NCBI RefSeq assembly: GCF_028368995.1 | Contig: NZ_JAQNDL010000001.1 | Span: 3,072,001-3,136,000, forward strand | Reading direction: 5' to 3' | Source of the DNA: Nannocystis bainbridge | GTDB taxonomy: Bacteria > Myxococcota_A > Polyangia > Nannocystales > Nannocystaceae | DNA length: 64,000 bases | Shown here: positions 29,049 through 40,086 of the stretch, piece by piece | Position numbering within the stretch: the first letter of the stretch is position 1 | How the letters are laid out: each line of letters begins with the position of its first letter | Notes under the pieces: generated by a model | What the model saw: the letters and a program-made list of their open reading frames with translations, nothing else | Told to the model about the DNA's origin: nothing | Database searches by the model: none | Program-made: the position numbers and the translations under genes

Positions 29049-29975
29049 GGTGGGCGTCCTCGCAGGTGCGAACCGACCACTTAGCACAGAACCAAGAACA
29101 TCGGACACGGGCACTTCTGCCCGCCTCGGTGACCACTGCGCGTTCTCGCACGAGACCGCCGCGACGCGGCTCCACCGCCGCAGTTTCGCGTGAAGTCGAT
29201 TTCATCTCACCGGGGTTTTTGCGGGCCCTCGATCGAAGGATGCTCCGCGTGTTGCAGCGACGTCATCGAAGCGACGCGCGCACATGCGCCGCGCGTCGCA
29301 TCACCGCGACGAATTCTTTGCGACTGACTTGCTCGTGGTCGTCGCCGTCGCCGAGACCTCGGCGAGCATCACCGTCGCCCGCACCAATCATACCGCGGGG
29401 ACGTCCGACGTGCCGTCCAACAGCTTCTGGCCGCTCGAGCTGTCGTGGGTCACCGGGCTGCTTGCGGTCAACAGCGTCGTCTCCCTCGACGAGGCGACGT
29501 GCTTCAGGTCGTGTCGGCCAGCAACGGCGTCCGCGCCCCGCGGCAAGAGCCAGTGCTCGGCATCCAGGATGGTGGAGCCAGGGACACCGGGCATCGGGCT
29601 CTTCGCGCAGCAACCCGAAGCAGTGGCGAGGACGCGCGCTGTGGGGCAGGATCGACGCGTCGAGCGGCGGCATCCTGGCGGCCGGGGACGGAGAGGACGA
29701 GACGGGCCCCGCCGTGTGCGCCCTGTCGTTCGCGGCGTTCACCGGCGCCTTCGCTGCGCCGACGATCGGGGTGGCCGTCGGGCGCTGGCACCACCGCACG
29801 CCGTTGCGCCGCTACGAATTGCAGCTCCGCGCCACTGGCCTGCAAGTACGCTTCTGACGCGCACCGTCCATTGCCGCCGAGGCCGCGAGCGCGGCGAAGC
29901 GCCGACCCGTATCGATCTACTCGTCGCAGGGTCGAGCCTTTGCACGCCCACCCGCGACCTCTCGCAGTCACTGTC

Positions 29976-30500
29976 TCAAAGACCGCGGCGCTCGAGCGCG
30001 CGGAACAGGTCGTCGAGGAATTGCACCTCGTCGGTCGTCGCGTGCAGGTCGCGGCCGAGCGTCAATGCTGCCACCGAGATCAGCATCGCCACCACCTTCG
30101 AGCGCACCAGGTACTCCACCTGCTCGAACGCGCCGTTGTGCAGCTTGCCCCACCGCTTGAGCTCGTCGCGCGCCGCGGGCGAGTAGCCGGCCATCTCGGC
30201 CCACTCGTGGAACACCGTCAGGCGGCCGAGGCTCATCTCGCGCTCGGCCCGTCCGGTGTAGAACTGCAGCGCCCCGAGCGTCGCCTGTCCTTTGAGCCTG
30301 GTGATCAGGAACCGCTCGGCCGGGCGCCACAGCAGCACCTCGGTGCCGCCCACCTGATAGACCTCCGCGTCTGCGTCGTTCCAGGCGAAGGACACCACCG
30401 CAGGTGTGCCTGAAACCCCACGCGGTGGGAAGTGCGCAAACGGCGAGCGGACATTATCGCCCGCCGCGCGCCGGTGCGAGGCGACCCCACGAGTCACCAT
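29976..30500 (-). CDS. Hypothetical protein (start uncertain)
   Basis: Good coding bias from ~30400 downward (FH.W..M.GY...AR...W...LVRSK.VAM); no function recognised. Confidence 0.55.
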   Translation of the reverse strand: MVTRGVASHRRAAGDNVRSPFAHFPPRGVSGTPAVVSFAWNDADAEVYQVGGTEVLLWRPAERFLITRLKGQATLGALQFYTGRAEREMSLGRLTVFHEWAEMAGYSPAARDELKRWGKLHNGAFEQVEYLVRSKVVAMLISVAALTLGRDLHATTDEVQFLDDLFRALERRGL

Positions 30501-33476
30501 TCACGGCGGCGCCCCGGTGGTGACCTCGAGCGTCGCGCCGCGCTCGAGCCCGAGGCGCAGCGTCGTGCCGACTGGCGCGCGCGTCAGCTGCTCGTAGAGG
30601 TAGCGCCGCTCGCCGGTCACGTCCTCGCCGTCGACGCTGACGATCACGTCGCCCGCTCGCAGGCCTGCCGCCGCCGCCGGCGACCCGGGGCGCACCAGCG
30701 CGACCTCGAACTTGCGCTGCGCCGGGTCGGCCGCGGGTGCCCCGAGCTTGATCGCGTAGCCGAGGTCTCCGCTCGCCTCGCCCGACTTGAGGCGCTGCTT
30801 GGCGACCCGGATCGGCGGCAGCTCGACCTCGGGCCCGCCGGCGATCGTGGTGGTCCACGTCGTCTGGCTGTAATCCACCGCCGTACCGCGCGGCGCCGCC
30901 ACCAGCACCGTCACCAGGCCGACCGGCGCTCCCTCGACCTCGAAGCGGCCCTGCGCGTCGGTCCGCGGGGTGTGGCGGTCGTCGATCGTGTAGCCCTGGC
31001 CCTGGCTGACCCGCACCGCCGCGCCGACCACCGGCGCCCCCTCGAGGTCGACCACCGTCCCGCGCAGCTTGACCTTCGCCGCCAGCTCGACCCGCACCCC
31101 GGCCCGCTCCTCACCTGTCCCGAGAGACACCTCGGCGTCCTGCGTGCCCTCCGGCGCGCTGACCGACAGCTTGTACTCGCCCGCCGGCAGCTCCGCGAAG
31201 CTCCACGCGCCACCCGTGCGAAAGAACTGGTCGGTGCGCTGATACCCGGTGCGCGGGTCCGCCAGCGTCGCCGAGAACTCCTGCGGCGAACCGCCGCCCT
31301 TGAGCGCCACCGTCCCCGCCAAGCGGCCGGTCGGCGCGATCGTCAGCGTCACCTCGGCGCCGAGCGCCACGTGCTCGACCGTCGTCTCGCCGCCGCCGCG
31401 GCGGAACGCGCGGACCGTGTACTTGCCGGGGAACAGCTCCTCGACCGCGAAGCGGCCCTCGGCGTCGGTCAGGTGCGGCTTGCTGTTCAGGCTGAAGAAC
31501 CGCGGCGCCGCCCCGCCCGACCCGCGCGCGCTCTCCGACTCGCGCGTCGCCTCGACGAACGCGTCGCCCACGACCGCGCCGCCGGCGTCGCGCACGACCC
31601 CGACGATCTTCCCGTTGCCGGTCTCGACGGTCAGCTTGACGGTCGCCACCGCGTCGGCCTCGACCATCAACTTCACGCCCTGCACGTCGTCGTCGCCGGT
31701 CCCCGGCGCGCGCAGCTTGACGCCGTCGCGCGTGGCCGCCACGCGGTACTCGCCGGCCGCCGCCTCGGGCACGTGGAAGCTCCCGTCGTCGGCCGTCATC
31801 GCCGACGCGCGCCGCCCCGGCGCCTGCAGCGACACCTGGGCCCGCGCGACCGGGTTGCCGTGCACGTCACGGACCTCGCCGCGGACCTGCCCCGACGCCA
31901 GCAGCGTGACGCGGATGTCCTCGAGGTCCTGTCCTTCGGGCAATGTCACTTCGATCGGCTTGTCCCCGGTCGGCCGCGGCGTCCCCTTCGAGAACGCCCG
32001 CACCTCGTACGCGCCGGGTTGCAGCCCCGCCAGCTCGAAGCGCCCGCTCGCGTCGGAGTCGACGAACGCCGGGCCGCTCGCGCGCGGGGCCGCTTGCCCG
32101 GCCTCGGCCTTGACCCGCGCCATCACGCTGACCGCCGCCGCCGGCTCGCCCTTCGCCGTCGTCACCGTGCCGCGGATCGCCCGCCCCGGCGCCACGTCCC
32201 ACCGCAGGTCCTCGATCGGCCGCTCGGTAACCGTCACCGGCGCGTACTTCTCGGCCGACACGAACCCCTCGCAACGCACCGTCACCTCGTAGGTGCCCGG
32301 CAGCAGGCCCGGGACGCGCACCCGCCCGTCGGCCTCGATCTCCGCCCCGAAGTCGCGCTCGCCCGCGCCCTGCAGCCCCACATGTCCCGAGGGACAGGAT
32401 GCTCCGCCGGGCGTCACCACCACCGCGCCCGCGATCGTCGTCGCCGGGTGGGCCTCGATCACGATCGCCTCCGACGTCTCGCCGAGCCCGAGCACCACCT
32501 GCTCGGCCGCCATGCCGAACGCGTCGTCGGCCGCCACGCTCGGCTTGTACGCGCCGGGCGAAAGTTGAGCGATGCGGAAGTTGCCGCCGGCATCGGTGAC
32601 CGACACACCGCCGCCGCCGCCGAAGAACGTGTCGCCGCGCGTCGCCGTGACCTTCGCGCCCTCGACCGGCGAGCCGTCGCCCGCGCGCACCACCTTGCCG
32701 ACCAGCACCGACTCGGGCGTCAAGAACAGCTCGAACCGGTGCCCCGGCGCCGCTCCGCGGTCGCTGCCGGGCGCGTAGCCCTCGGCGCGCGCGTGCACCT
32801 GCGGCTGGCCGGGCGCGAGCCACAACGAGAACGCTCCCTCCGCGCCCGACGTGGCGAACGCCATGCCCGTGCCGAGGTACACCCCGCCCGCGCTGACGAT
32901 CGCGCCCTCGACCGCGCCGCCGCTCAGGTCCGTGACGACGCCGTGGATCTCCACGCCCCCGCCGCGCAGCGTGATGTCGACGCCGAGCGCCTCGCCGCCG
33001 GGCGCCAGCGCCACCATGTCGAGGTTCGACGGCCGCTCGCCGCGGGTGTGAAACGCCGGCACGTACCCCGGCGCCGACGCGCTCACCGAGTGCCGCACCG
33101 CCCACAGGCCGTCGACGCGGTAGTGCCCGTCGCGCTCGCTGACGGCGCACGGCGGCGTGAAGGTGTCGCGCGCGTCGAGCAGCCCGCCCATGGCGATCGC
33201 ACACACCTGCGCGCCGGCGATCGGCTGGCCCTTGTCGTCGCGCACGGTCCCGGCGATCGCCGCCTTCGCCAGCTTGCGCGGGTCGATGTCCGGCTGCGAC
33301 GCCGCAGCGATCACCGGCGCGATCACGGGCGCCTCGTCCGGCGCCGCCGCTGCCGGCGTCTCTTCAACCTGTCTCTTCAGACATGTCGCCCAGGCCACCC
33401 CGGCGACGCCGAGCCCGAGCGGCAGAAACCACAAGATCCGCGACCGACCCTCGCGCGCGCCGTTCCGACTGGTCAT
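30501..33476 (-). CDS. Membrane-anchored protein with multiple carboxypeptidase-regulatory-like repeats and C-terminal PDZ domain
   Basis: N-terminal TM; repeated I.G.V.D..G.P..GA.V and T.D..G.F...L.PG.Y; V.PGSPAA.AGL..GD.IV.VDG PDZ. Confidence 0.88.
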   Translation of the reverse strand: MTSRNGAREGRSRILWFLPLGLGVAGVAWATCLKRQVEETPAAAAPDEAPVIAPVIAAASQPDIDPRKLAKAAIAGTVRDDKGQPIAGAQVCAIAMGGLLDARDTFTPPCAVSERDGHYRVDGLWAVRHSVSASAPGYVPAFHTRGERPSNLDMVALAPGGEALGVDITLRGGGVEIHGVVTDLSGGAVEGAIVSAGGVYLGTGMAFATSGAEGAFSLWLAPGQPQVHARAEGYAPGSDRGAAPGHRFELFLTPESVLVGKVVRAGDGSPVEGAKVTATRGDTFFGGGGGVSVTDAGGNFRIAQLSPGAYKPSVAADDAFGMAAEQVVLGLGETSEAIVIEAHPATTIAGAVVVTPGGASCPSGHVGLQGAGERDFGAEIEADGRVRVPGLLPGTYEVTVRCEGFVSAEKYAPVTVTERPIEDLRWDVAPGRAIRGTVTTAKGEPAAAVSVMARVKAEAGQAAPRASGPAFVDSDASGRFELAGLQPGAYEVRAFSKGTPRPTGDKPIEVTLPEGQDLEDIRVTLLASGQVRGEVRDVHGNPVARAQVSLQAPGRRASAMTADDGSFHVPEAAAGEYRVAATRDGVKLRAPGTGDDDVQGVKLMVEADAVATVKLTVETGNGKIVGVVRDAGGAVVGDAFVEATRESESARGSGGAAPRFFSLNSKPHLTDAEGRFAVEELFPGKYTVRAFRRGGGETTVEHVALGAEVTLTIAPTGRLAGTVALKGGGSPQEFSATLADPRTGYQRTDQFFRTGGAWSFAELPAGEYKLSVSAPEGTQDAEVSLGTGEERAGVRVELAAKVKLRGTVVDLEGAPVVGAAVRVSQGQGYTIDDRHTPRTDAQGRFEVEGAPVGLVTVLVAAPRGTAVDYSQTTWTTTIAGGPEVELPPIRVAKQRLKSGEASGDLGYAIKLGAPAADPAQRKFEVALVRPGSPAAAAGLRAGDVIVSVDGEDVTGERRYLYEQLTRAPVGTTLRLGLERGATLEVTTGAPP

Positions 33477-33955
33477 GCGCCTCCTGTCTAGGCCGCCGGG
33501 CCGGCGATCGTCAAGGCGCCACCACCCCGCGACCGGTCACGGCTCGAGCTCGCCGCGTCACCGGCGGCCGCCGCGGTCCAAAACATGTCCCCGAGGACAT
33601 GTCACTGCGTCAGCCGGGATCTCGACCACGCCCCGGCCGGACCGCGAGGGGTCGCCCGTGCGCGCGGACGGCCGCCGCGATCGCGGCGCGACGCGTGGTC
33701 GAGATCCCGCACCGACGCCGCATTTCATCGTACCTCGCGGGTGGTGGCGGCCGCGACATCGGGGGCGACCAGGGCGGACAGGGCGGCGATCGAGCCGCCG
33801 ACGACGAGGACCCCGAGCAAATAGAGGGCACCGGGGCCGCGAGGACGATAGCGAGGACGCGTCATGATCGGGGTCAACGACGCCCGCCGCCCCGCGGTCT
33901 GCCCCCGCTGTCACACTTCTCGCGCCGGGCGACCTCGGGTACTCTGGACGTCGGC

Positions 33956-34860
33956 TTGGCCACCTCATCGACTTTCTTGCGCGACGCGTGGTTGATCGCC
34001 GGCTTCGACCTCCGCGAATCGATCCGCACCCGCCGCGCCCTCGTCCTCGCGCTCCTCTATCTGCTCGTCGCCTCGATCACGAGCTACATCTACGTCGAGG
34101 TCGTGAAGCTCGCCCAGGAGGCGGCCTCCGAGGTCATCGGCGGCATGGGCGACGCCAACGAGCAGCTCGCCGCGACCGCCGCCGCCGGAGCCGCCCAGGA
34201 CGCCGGCTACACCGGCCTCCTCTACGTCATCGCCGGCGGCGACAACGTCATCGCCGGCCACCTCGCGACCTACCCGGCGATGGTCCTCGTGTTCGCGTGG
34301 TTCTCGCTCGGCGCCTTGCCGTGGCTGATCTCGCTCACCAGCTACGACCTCGTCGCCGGCGACCTCCACCAGCGCACCGTCCGGTTCGTCGCCCTGCGGA
34401 CCAGCCGCGGCGCGTTCGTCCTCGGCAAGCTGCTGTCGCAGGTGCTGCTGGTCGCCATGATCGCCGGCCTCGGCATGATCCCCGTGCTGGTGATCGGCGG
34501 CGCCTTCCTGCCGCGCTTCGACTTCCTCGGCAGCTTCCTCGCCCTGCTGGCGACCTGGCCGATCCTGGCGTTGTTCGCGTTCGCGGTGCTCGGCCCGGTC
34601 GCGTGCGCCTCGCAGCTGGTGCGCGGGCCCGGGGCCGCGCGCGCCCTGGCGCTCTTCTTCCTGTTCGTGCTGTGGATCCTCGGGGTGTGGGCGGCATTCA
34701 CCCCCGGCCTGTCGGCGCTGCAGTACTTGACCCCGTTCGCCTACAAGACCTTGTTCTTCCACCCTGACCTTTCGTACAGGTTGCTCAACGCGGCCGGCTG
34801 CGCCGCCCTGTGCGCCGGCTACACCTGGCTCGGCTTTCAAGTGTTTCGTCGGAGGGACCT

Positions 34861-34864
<4 letters not shown>
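33956..34864 (+). CDS. ABC-2 type transporter permease
   Basis: About 6 TMs, GD....T.R....R.SR..F.LGK motif; overlaps the ATPase start (GTGA); TTG start estimated. Confidence 0.8.
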
Positions 34865-35784
<920 letters not shown>

Positions 35785-35836
35785 GCTGTGACGCCATCCA
35801 CCGTCCTCGGCGCCTGGTCGGCGCTAAGGAATCGGC

Positions 35837-36991
35837 ATGGCTCGCTCGATGTCGCATCCTGTCCACCTGTGGTTGGCGTGGACGCTCGTGGTCGCGTGTA
35901 ACGGCGAGGACCACCTGCGTGGGAGCGCCACGGACGGTTCCCCACCGTCCGCGATCCCGACCTCGGTGACCTTGCCGCCGGGCATCTTCGCCAGCGAGAG
36001 CGAAGGCGAGGCCACCAGCGCCGGCGCGACCGACAAGCTCGACCTCGCGGACGAGCCCACCGGCGGCGAGGTGCTGATGCCCCCGGGCTGCGACAAGGTC
36101 GATTTCCTGTTCGTCATCGACAACTCCAACTCGATGGCCGACGAGCAGAGCAGCCTGATCGCCTCGTTCCCCGGGTTCATCGCGGCGATCGAGCAGACCC
36201 TCGAGGCCGACGACTACCACCTCATGACGATCTCGACCGACGACGGCGACGCCGGCAACGGCGACGAGGACTGCGACTTCCAGCAGTGCATCTGCGCCCC
36301 CGCGCCGACCTGCTGCCAGGACGTGTGCGACACGATCTTCAAGGGCACCACCTGCAACGGCGACCCGTGCGACCAGATCAGCATCGACGCCTGCGAGTTC
36401 CAGTACGGCAGCGGCCGCCAGTTCGACCAGTACGGCGCCCGCTGCCCGATCGCCGACGAGCGCCGCTACATGCTCGCCTCGCAGCCGGACCTCGTCTCGA
36501 CCTTCGCCTGCACCGCCGGCATCGGCGCGTTCGGCAGCGGCGACGAGCGGCCGATCCACGCCGCCCTGAGCGCGCTCGGAGACGTGCAGAACGGGCCCGG
36601 CGGCTGCAACGAGGGCTTCTTGCGCGACGACGCGATCCTCGTGCTCGTCATCATCACCGACGAAGAGGACGACAACATCGAGGTGAACGAGGGCTCGCCC
36701 GGCGAGCCGGCCGCGTGGTACGAGGCGGTCGTGGCCGCCAAGCACGGGGTCCCCGACGCCGCGGTGGTGCTCGGCCTGGTCGGCGACAGCAACCTCCCGG
36801 GCGGCCTGTGCCCGCCGGTGTGGGACCCCGACGAGGACGGCGGCGAGGCGGCCCCGCGCCTGCAGTCGTTCGTCGACATGTTCTCCGGCGGCGTGATCGG
36901 CAGCGTCTGCGCGGCCGACTACACGCCCTTCTTCGTCGAGGCCGTCAGCGTCATCGACACCGCCTGCGACATCTTCGTCCCGGTCGGCTGA
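35837..36991 (+). CDS. Cys-rich vWA-like lipoprotein
   Basis: Lipobox VVAC; KVDFLFVIDNSNSM (MIDAS DxSxS); FLRDDAILVLVIITDEED. Confidence 0.75.
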   Translation: MARSMSHPVHLWLAWTLVVACNGEDHLRGSATDGSPPSAIPTSVTLPPGIFASESEGEATSAGATDKLDLADEPTGGEVLMPPGCDKVDFLFVIDNSNSMADEQSSLIASFPGFIAAIEQTLEADDYHLMTISTDDGDAGNGDEDCDFQQCICAPAPTCCQDVCDTIFKGTTCNGDPCDQISIDACEFQYGSGRQFDQYGARCPIADERRYMLASQPDLVSTFACTAGIGAFGSGDERPIHAALSALGDVQNGPGGCNEGFLRDDAILVLVIITDEEDDNIEVNEGSPGEPAAWYEAVVAAKHGVPDAAVVLGLVGDSNLPGGLCPPVWDPDEDGGEAAPRLQSFVDMFSGGVIGSVCAADYTPFFVEAVSVIDTACDIFVPVG

Positions 36992-37200
36992 GCGCCGCCG
37001 CGATCGCTCCACTTTGCGCCCTCGCGCCGCGCGCCGGCTCGGGGGCGCGCGACGTCCGGCGCGCGGCTCGCCGCGGGCGCGCGCGGCGGCCCCTATGATC
37101 ATAGCGCGCGCCGACGCGACGATGATGGTCGTCACGCCTCACCACATTCACGAGCCGCCCTCGATCGCCCGAATCGGCCCTCCGAACGGCGTTACAACGG

Positions 37201-37217
37201 GTCACACCCTGTGTGAC
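37201..37217. promoter_or_regulatory. Perfect inverted repeat GTCACAC-N3-GTGTGAC, candidate operator
   Basis: Intergenic, about 70 bp upstream of ATG 37289. Confidence 0.4.
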
Positions 37218-37288
37218 GATTGCCGCCGCCGGTGATGGTACCCACGCACCAGGCACCTGTTCGCACGGGCGGGGCTAAATAGTTGGGC

Positions 37289-38497
37289 ATGACCCGCACT
37301 ACGAAGACCGTTCTTGGCAGGTGGCTGATGTGCGCCTCGGCCCTCACCGCCTGCGTCGAAAACGACCCGCAAGCGGTGGGCACCGACACCGACTCTCCCG
37401 GCGGCGCCGCCACGGCTGCGCCGCCGACCGGGGTCGCAGGCACCGACGCGACCCCGGGCGACACCGAGACGGATCCGCCGGACGACTCGGGCGGCGGCAC
37501 CGGGGCCGCGAGCGCCGGCAGCGGCGCGGACACCTCGACGCCCGAGACCACCGGGATCGACGGCACCACCGGCGCGCCCGCGGCCGGCTGCGAGAAGGTC
37601 GACCTGCTGTTCGTGATCGACAACGACACGACCATGAAGGCCGAGCAGGAGGGGCTCATCGCCGCGTTCCCGGCCTTTTACGACGGCATCAAGACCACGC
37701 TCGGCATGCAGGACACGCACGTGATGGCGGTCGGGGCCGACGACGGCAAGGCGCTCTCCAACTCGAGCCAGTGCCTGGGCGGCGGCAAGTGCTACTGCGG
37801 CCCGGCCCCGGTGTGCTGCCTCAACACGTGCGAGGGCGGCAACGCCGAGACCTGCAACGGCCTGCCGTGCGCCGGCCTGCAGGTCAGCGAGTGCGCCTCG
37901 CAGTACGGCGCCGGGCGCGACTACAGCAACTCCGGCGCGTTCTGCAACCTCGCCGACAACCGCCGCTACATGCTCGACAGCCAGCCCGAGCTGCACGCCA
38001 CCTTCGGCTGCACCGCCGCGGTCGGCCAGTACCAGACGGTCGCCGACAAGCGGCCGATGTTCGCCGCGACCGAGGCGGTCAGCCCGGCGATGAACGGCGC
38101 CGGCGGCTGTGACGAGGGCTTCCTCCGCAGCGACGCGCTGCTGGTGGTGGTGTTCGTGTCCGACAAGGACGACGCCAACGAGAACGGCGCCACCGGCTCT
38201 CCCGGCGGCCCGCAGGAGTGGTACGACGCGCTCGTGGCGGCCAAGGGCGGCAGCTCGGACTCGGTCGTGGTGCTCGGCCTGGTCGGCGACGGCAACATGA
38301 CCGGCGGCGGCTGCGATCCCAACATGGGCCCCGACATGCAGGCCCTCGCCGGCGGCCCGGCGCCACGCCTGCAGGAGTTCGTCAGCAAGTTCAGCCACGG
38401 CGCGATCGGCAGCATCTGCGCCGCCGACTACACGCCGTTCTTCACCAACGGCATCGACCTGGTCCACCAGGCCTGCGGCGCCTTCACCCCGGGCTGA
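37289..38497 (+). CDS. Cys-rich vWA-like lipoprotein (paralog of 35837-36991)
   Basis: Lipobox LTAC; KVDLLFVIDNDTTM; FLRSDALLVVVFVSDKDD; shared GS.CAADYTPFF end. Confidence 0.75.
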   Translation: MTRTTKTVLGRWLMCASALTACVENDPQAVGTDTDSPGGAATAAPPTGVAGTDATPGDTETDPPDDSGGGTGAASAGSGADTSTPETTGIDGTTGAPAAGCEKVDLLFVIDNDTTMKAEQEGLIAAFPAFYDGIKTTLGMQDTHVMAVGADDGKALSNSSQCLGGGKCYCGPAPVCCLNTCEGGNAETCNGLPCAGLQVSECASQYGAGRDYSNSGAFCNLADNRRYMLDSQPELHATFGCTAAVGQYQTVADKRPMFAATEAVSPAMNGAGGCDEGFLRSDALLVVVFVSDKDDANENGATGSPGGPQEWYDALVAAKGGSSDSVVVLGLVGDGNMTGGGCDPNMGPDMQALAGGPAPRLQEFVSKFSHGAIGSICAADYTPFFTNGIDLVHQACGAFTPG

Positions 38498-38515
38498 CGC
38501 TCGCGCGGGCCGCCG

Positions 38516-39112
38516 TCACTGCCCGGCGGCCTGCGGCGTCTGCAGCTGCGCGAGCGCCAGCCGCGTCACCGCGCGCAGCACATCGAACACCCCCTCGCCG
38601 CGGGTGGCCACCGTCTCGAACTCGGGCCAGCCCGCGGGGTTGAGCGCCGCGCGCAGCTCCGCCAGCGGCAGCGCGTCCGGCGTGTCGCGCTTGTTGTACT
38701 GGATGACATAAGCGTCGCCGAGGTCGAGTCGATGCTCGGCGACGTCGCGGTGCAGGTTGTCGAGGCTCTCGCAGTTGGCGTCCATGCGCATCGCCTGCGA
38801 GTCGGCCACGAACACCACCCCGTCGGCCGAGCGCATCACCAGCTTGCGCGTCGCCGCGTAGTGGATCTGCCCCGGCACCGTGTACACGTGCAGGCGCACG
38901 CGCAGCCCGCCGAGGGTCCCGAGCGTCAGCGGCATGAAGTCGAAGAACAGCGTGCGCTCGCTGTCGGTGTTGAGCCGCAGCAGCGCGCCGCGCCGCGACG
39001 GATCGGTCTTCCGGTGGATCCACTGCGCACACTCGGTCTTGCCCGACAGACCTGGCCCGTAATACACGAGCTTCAGGTTGATCTCCTTGGCCGCGTAATT
39101 GAAAAACGGCAT
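38516..39112 (-). CDS. mglA: MglA-like small GTPase
   Basis: INLKLVYYGPGLSGKT, ERTLFFDF, YTVPGQ, DGVVFVADS, QYNKRD. Confidence 0.88.
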   Translation of the reverse strand: MPFFNYAAKEINLKLVYYGPGLSGKTECAQWIHRKTDPSRRGALLRLNTDSERTLFFDFMPLTLGTLGGLRVRLHVYTVPGQIHYAATRKLVMRSADGVVFVADSQAMRMDANCESLDNLHRDVAEHRLDLGDAYVIQYNKRDTPDALPLAELRAALNPAGWPEFETVATRGEGVFDVLRAVTRLALAQLQTPQAAGQ

Positions 39113-39211
39113 GACGATCCCTCCCCGGGCCCGGCCCGGAACAAATTTTCACCCGCAACAACATGTCCTTCGGGCCATATCGACCCGAACCCACCGCTCA
39201 CCCGCCGGCGA

Positions 39212-39823
39212 TCACGAAGCCAGCACGGACAGCCCGACGTCGATCATCTGCCGCAGCGCCGCGCGCCCCGCTCCGGCCCGGCTCATGATCCCGAGGCCGT
39301 AGAGCGTATTGACCAGGTGGCGCGCCAGCGCCCGCGGCTCGCTGCCCGGTCGCAGCTCGCCGGCCTCGTGCGCGCGCTCCAGGGCCGCGTGCAGCGCCTC
39401 CTCGACCCGCCCGAAGTAAGCGCGCACCACCGCCTGGATCTCCGGGTCGGCCGGCCCGACCTCGATCGCGGTGTTCGCCATCAGACACGAGCCGCGTTCG
39501 CGGTCGAGCACGACCTCGGCGAGGAACAGCTCGAAGAACCCGCGGATCGCCACCAGCGCCGTCAGCGGCCGCTCGATCGGCCGGCTCCAGCCGGTCCGCG
39601 TCAGCGTGTCGAGCATGCCCTCGACCGCCAGCGCCTCGTAGCGCGCGAGCACCTTCAAAAACAGCGAGCGCTTGTCGCCGAACGTGTCGTACAGGCTCTG
39701 GCGCGAGATCTCCATGTGCTCGAGCAGGTCGCGCAACGAGGCGCCCTCGTAGCCGCGCCGCCAGAACATGTCGAGCGCGCGGTCGAGCGCCTCCTCCGGG
39801 TCGAACTCCTTGACGCGAGGCAT
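39212..39823 (-). CDS. TetR family regulator (NemR/ComR-like)
   Basis: MPRVKEFD...FWRRGY...SLYDTFGDKRSLF HTH; GSCLMANTA. Confidence 0.9.
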   Translation of the reverse strand: MPRVKEFDPEEALDRALDMFWRRGYEGASLRDLLEHMEISRQSLYDTFGDKRSLFLKVLARYEALAVEGMLDTLTRTGWSRPIERPLTALVAIRGFFELFLAEVVLDRERGSCLMANTAIEVGPADPEIQAVVRAYFGRVEEALHAALERAHEAGELRPGSEPRALARHLVNTLYGLGIMSRAGAGRAALRQMIDVGLSVLAS

Positions 39824-39881
39824 CGCCTGTAAGTGCTGGTAGTAGGCCCGCGGCCGGGCACTTTCTTGAGCGTAGAAATTC

Positions 39882-39924
39882 TGGACCACCCAGTCAAGAT
39901 AGTGGTACCAGACCGGTCGGTCAA
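39882..39924. promoter_or_regulatory. Two NemR-like TetR operator boxes
   Basis: TGGACCACCCAGTCAA (39882) and CAGACCGGTCGGTCAA (39909), GACC-N4-GGTC type, upstream of the tetR start. Confidence 0.5.
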
Positions 39925-40004
39925 GACGATTTGCGGCGTAGCCCGGTCTACGTCCCCGCTCCCGAGGTGGCCCGCGGCCGATCTCGCAGGGCTCGGCGGA
40001 GCCA

Positions 40005-40060
40005 TGTCCGAACGGACATGGCCTCTTGGACATTACCAAAAAGACATGTCCTCACGGACA
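40005..40060. repeat. Array of four 14-bp palindromic units
   Basis: TGTCC-gaac-GGACA, TGGCC-tctt-GGACA, TTACC-aaaa-AGACA, TGTCC-tcac-GGACA. Confidence 0.85.
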
Positions 40061-40086
40061 TGCACGTGCGCAGCCCGCGTCGCCCC

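Noticed and set aside
30432-33491. 1019-aa plus-strand ORF
   Set aside because: Arg-rich shadow of the PDZ-domain protein gene.
33725-33865. 46-aa minus-strand ORF with a TM-like stretch (MTRPRYRPRGPGALYLLGVLVVGG...)
   Set aside because: Could be a real small protein or remnant, but there is no clear RBS or motif to support a call.
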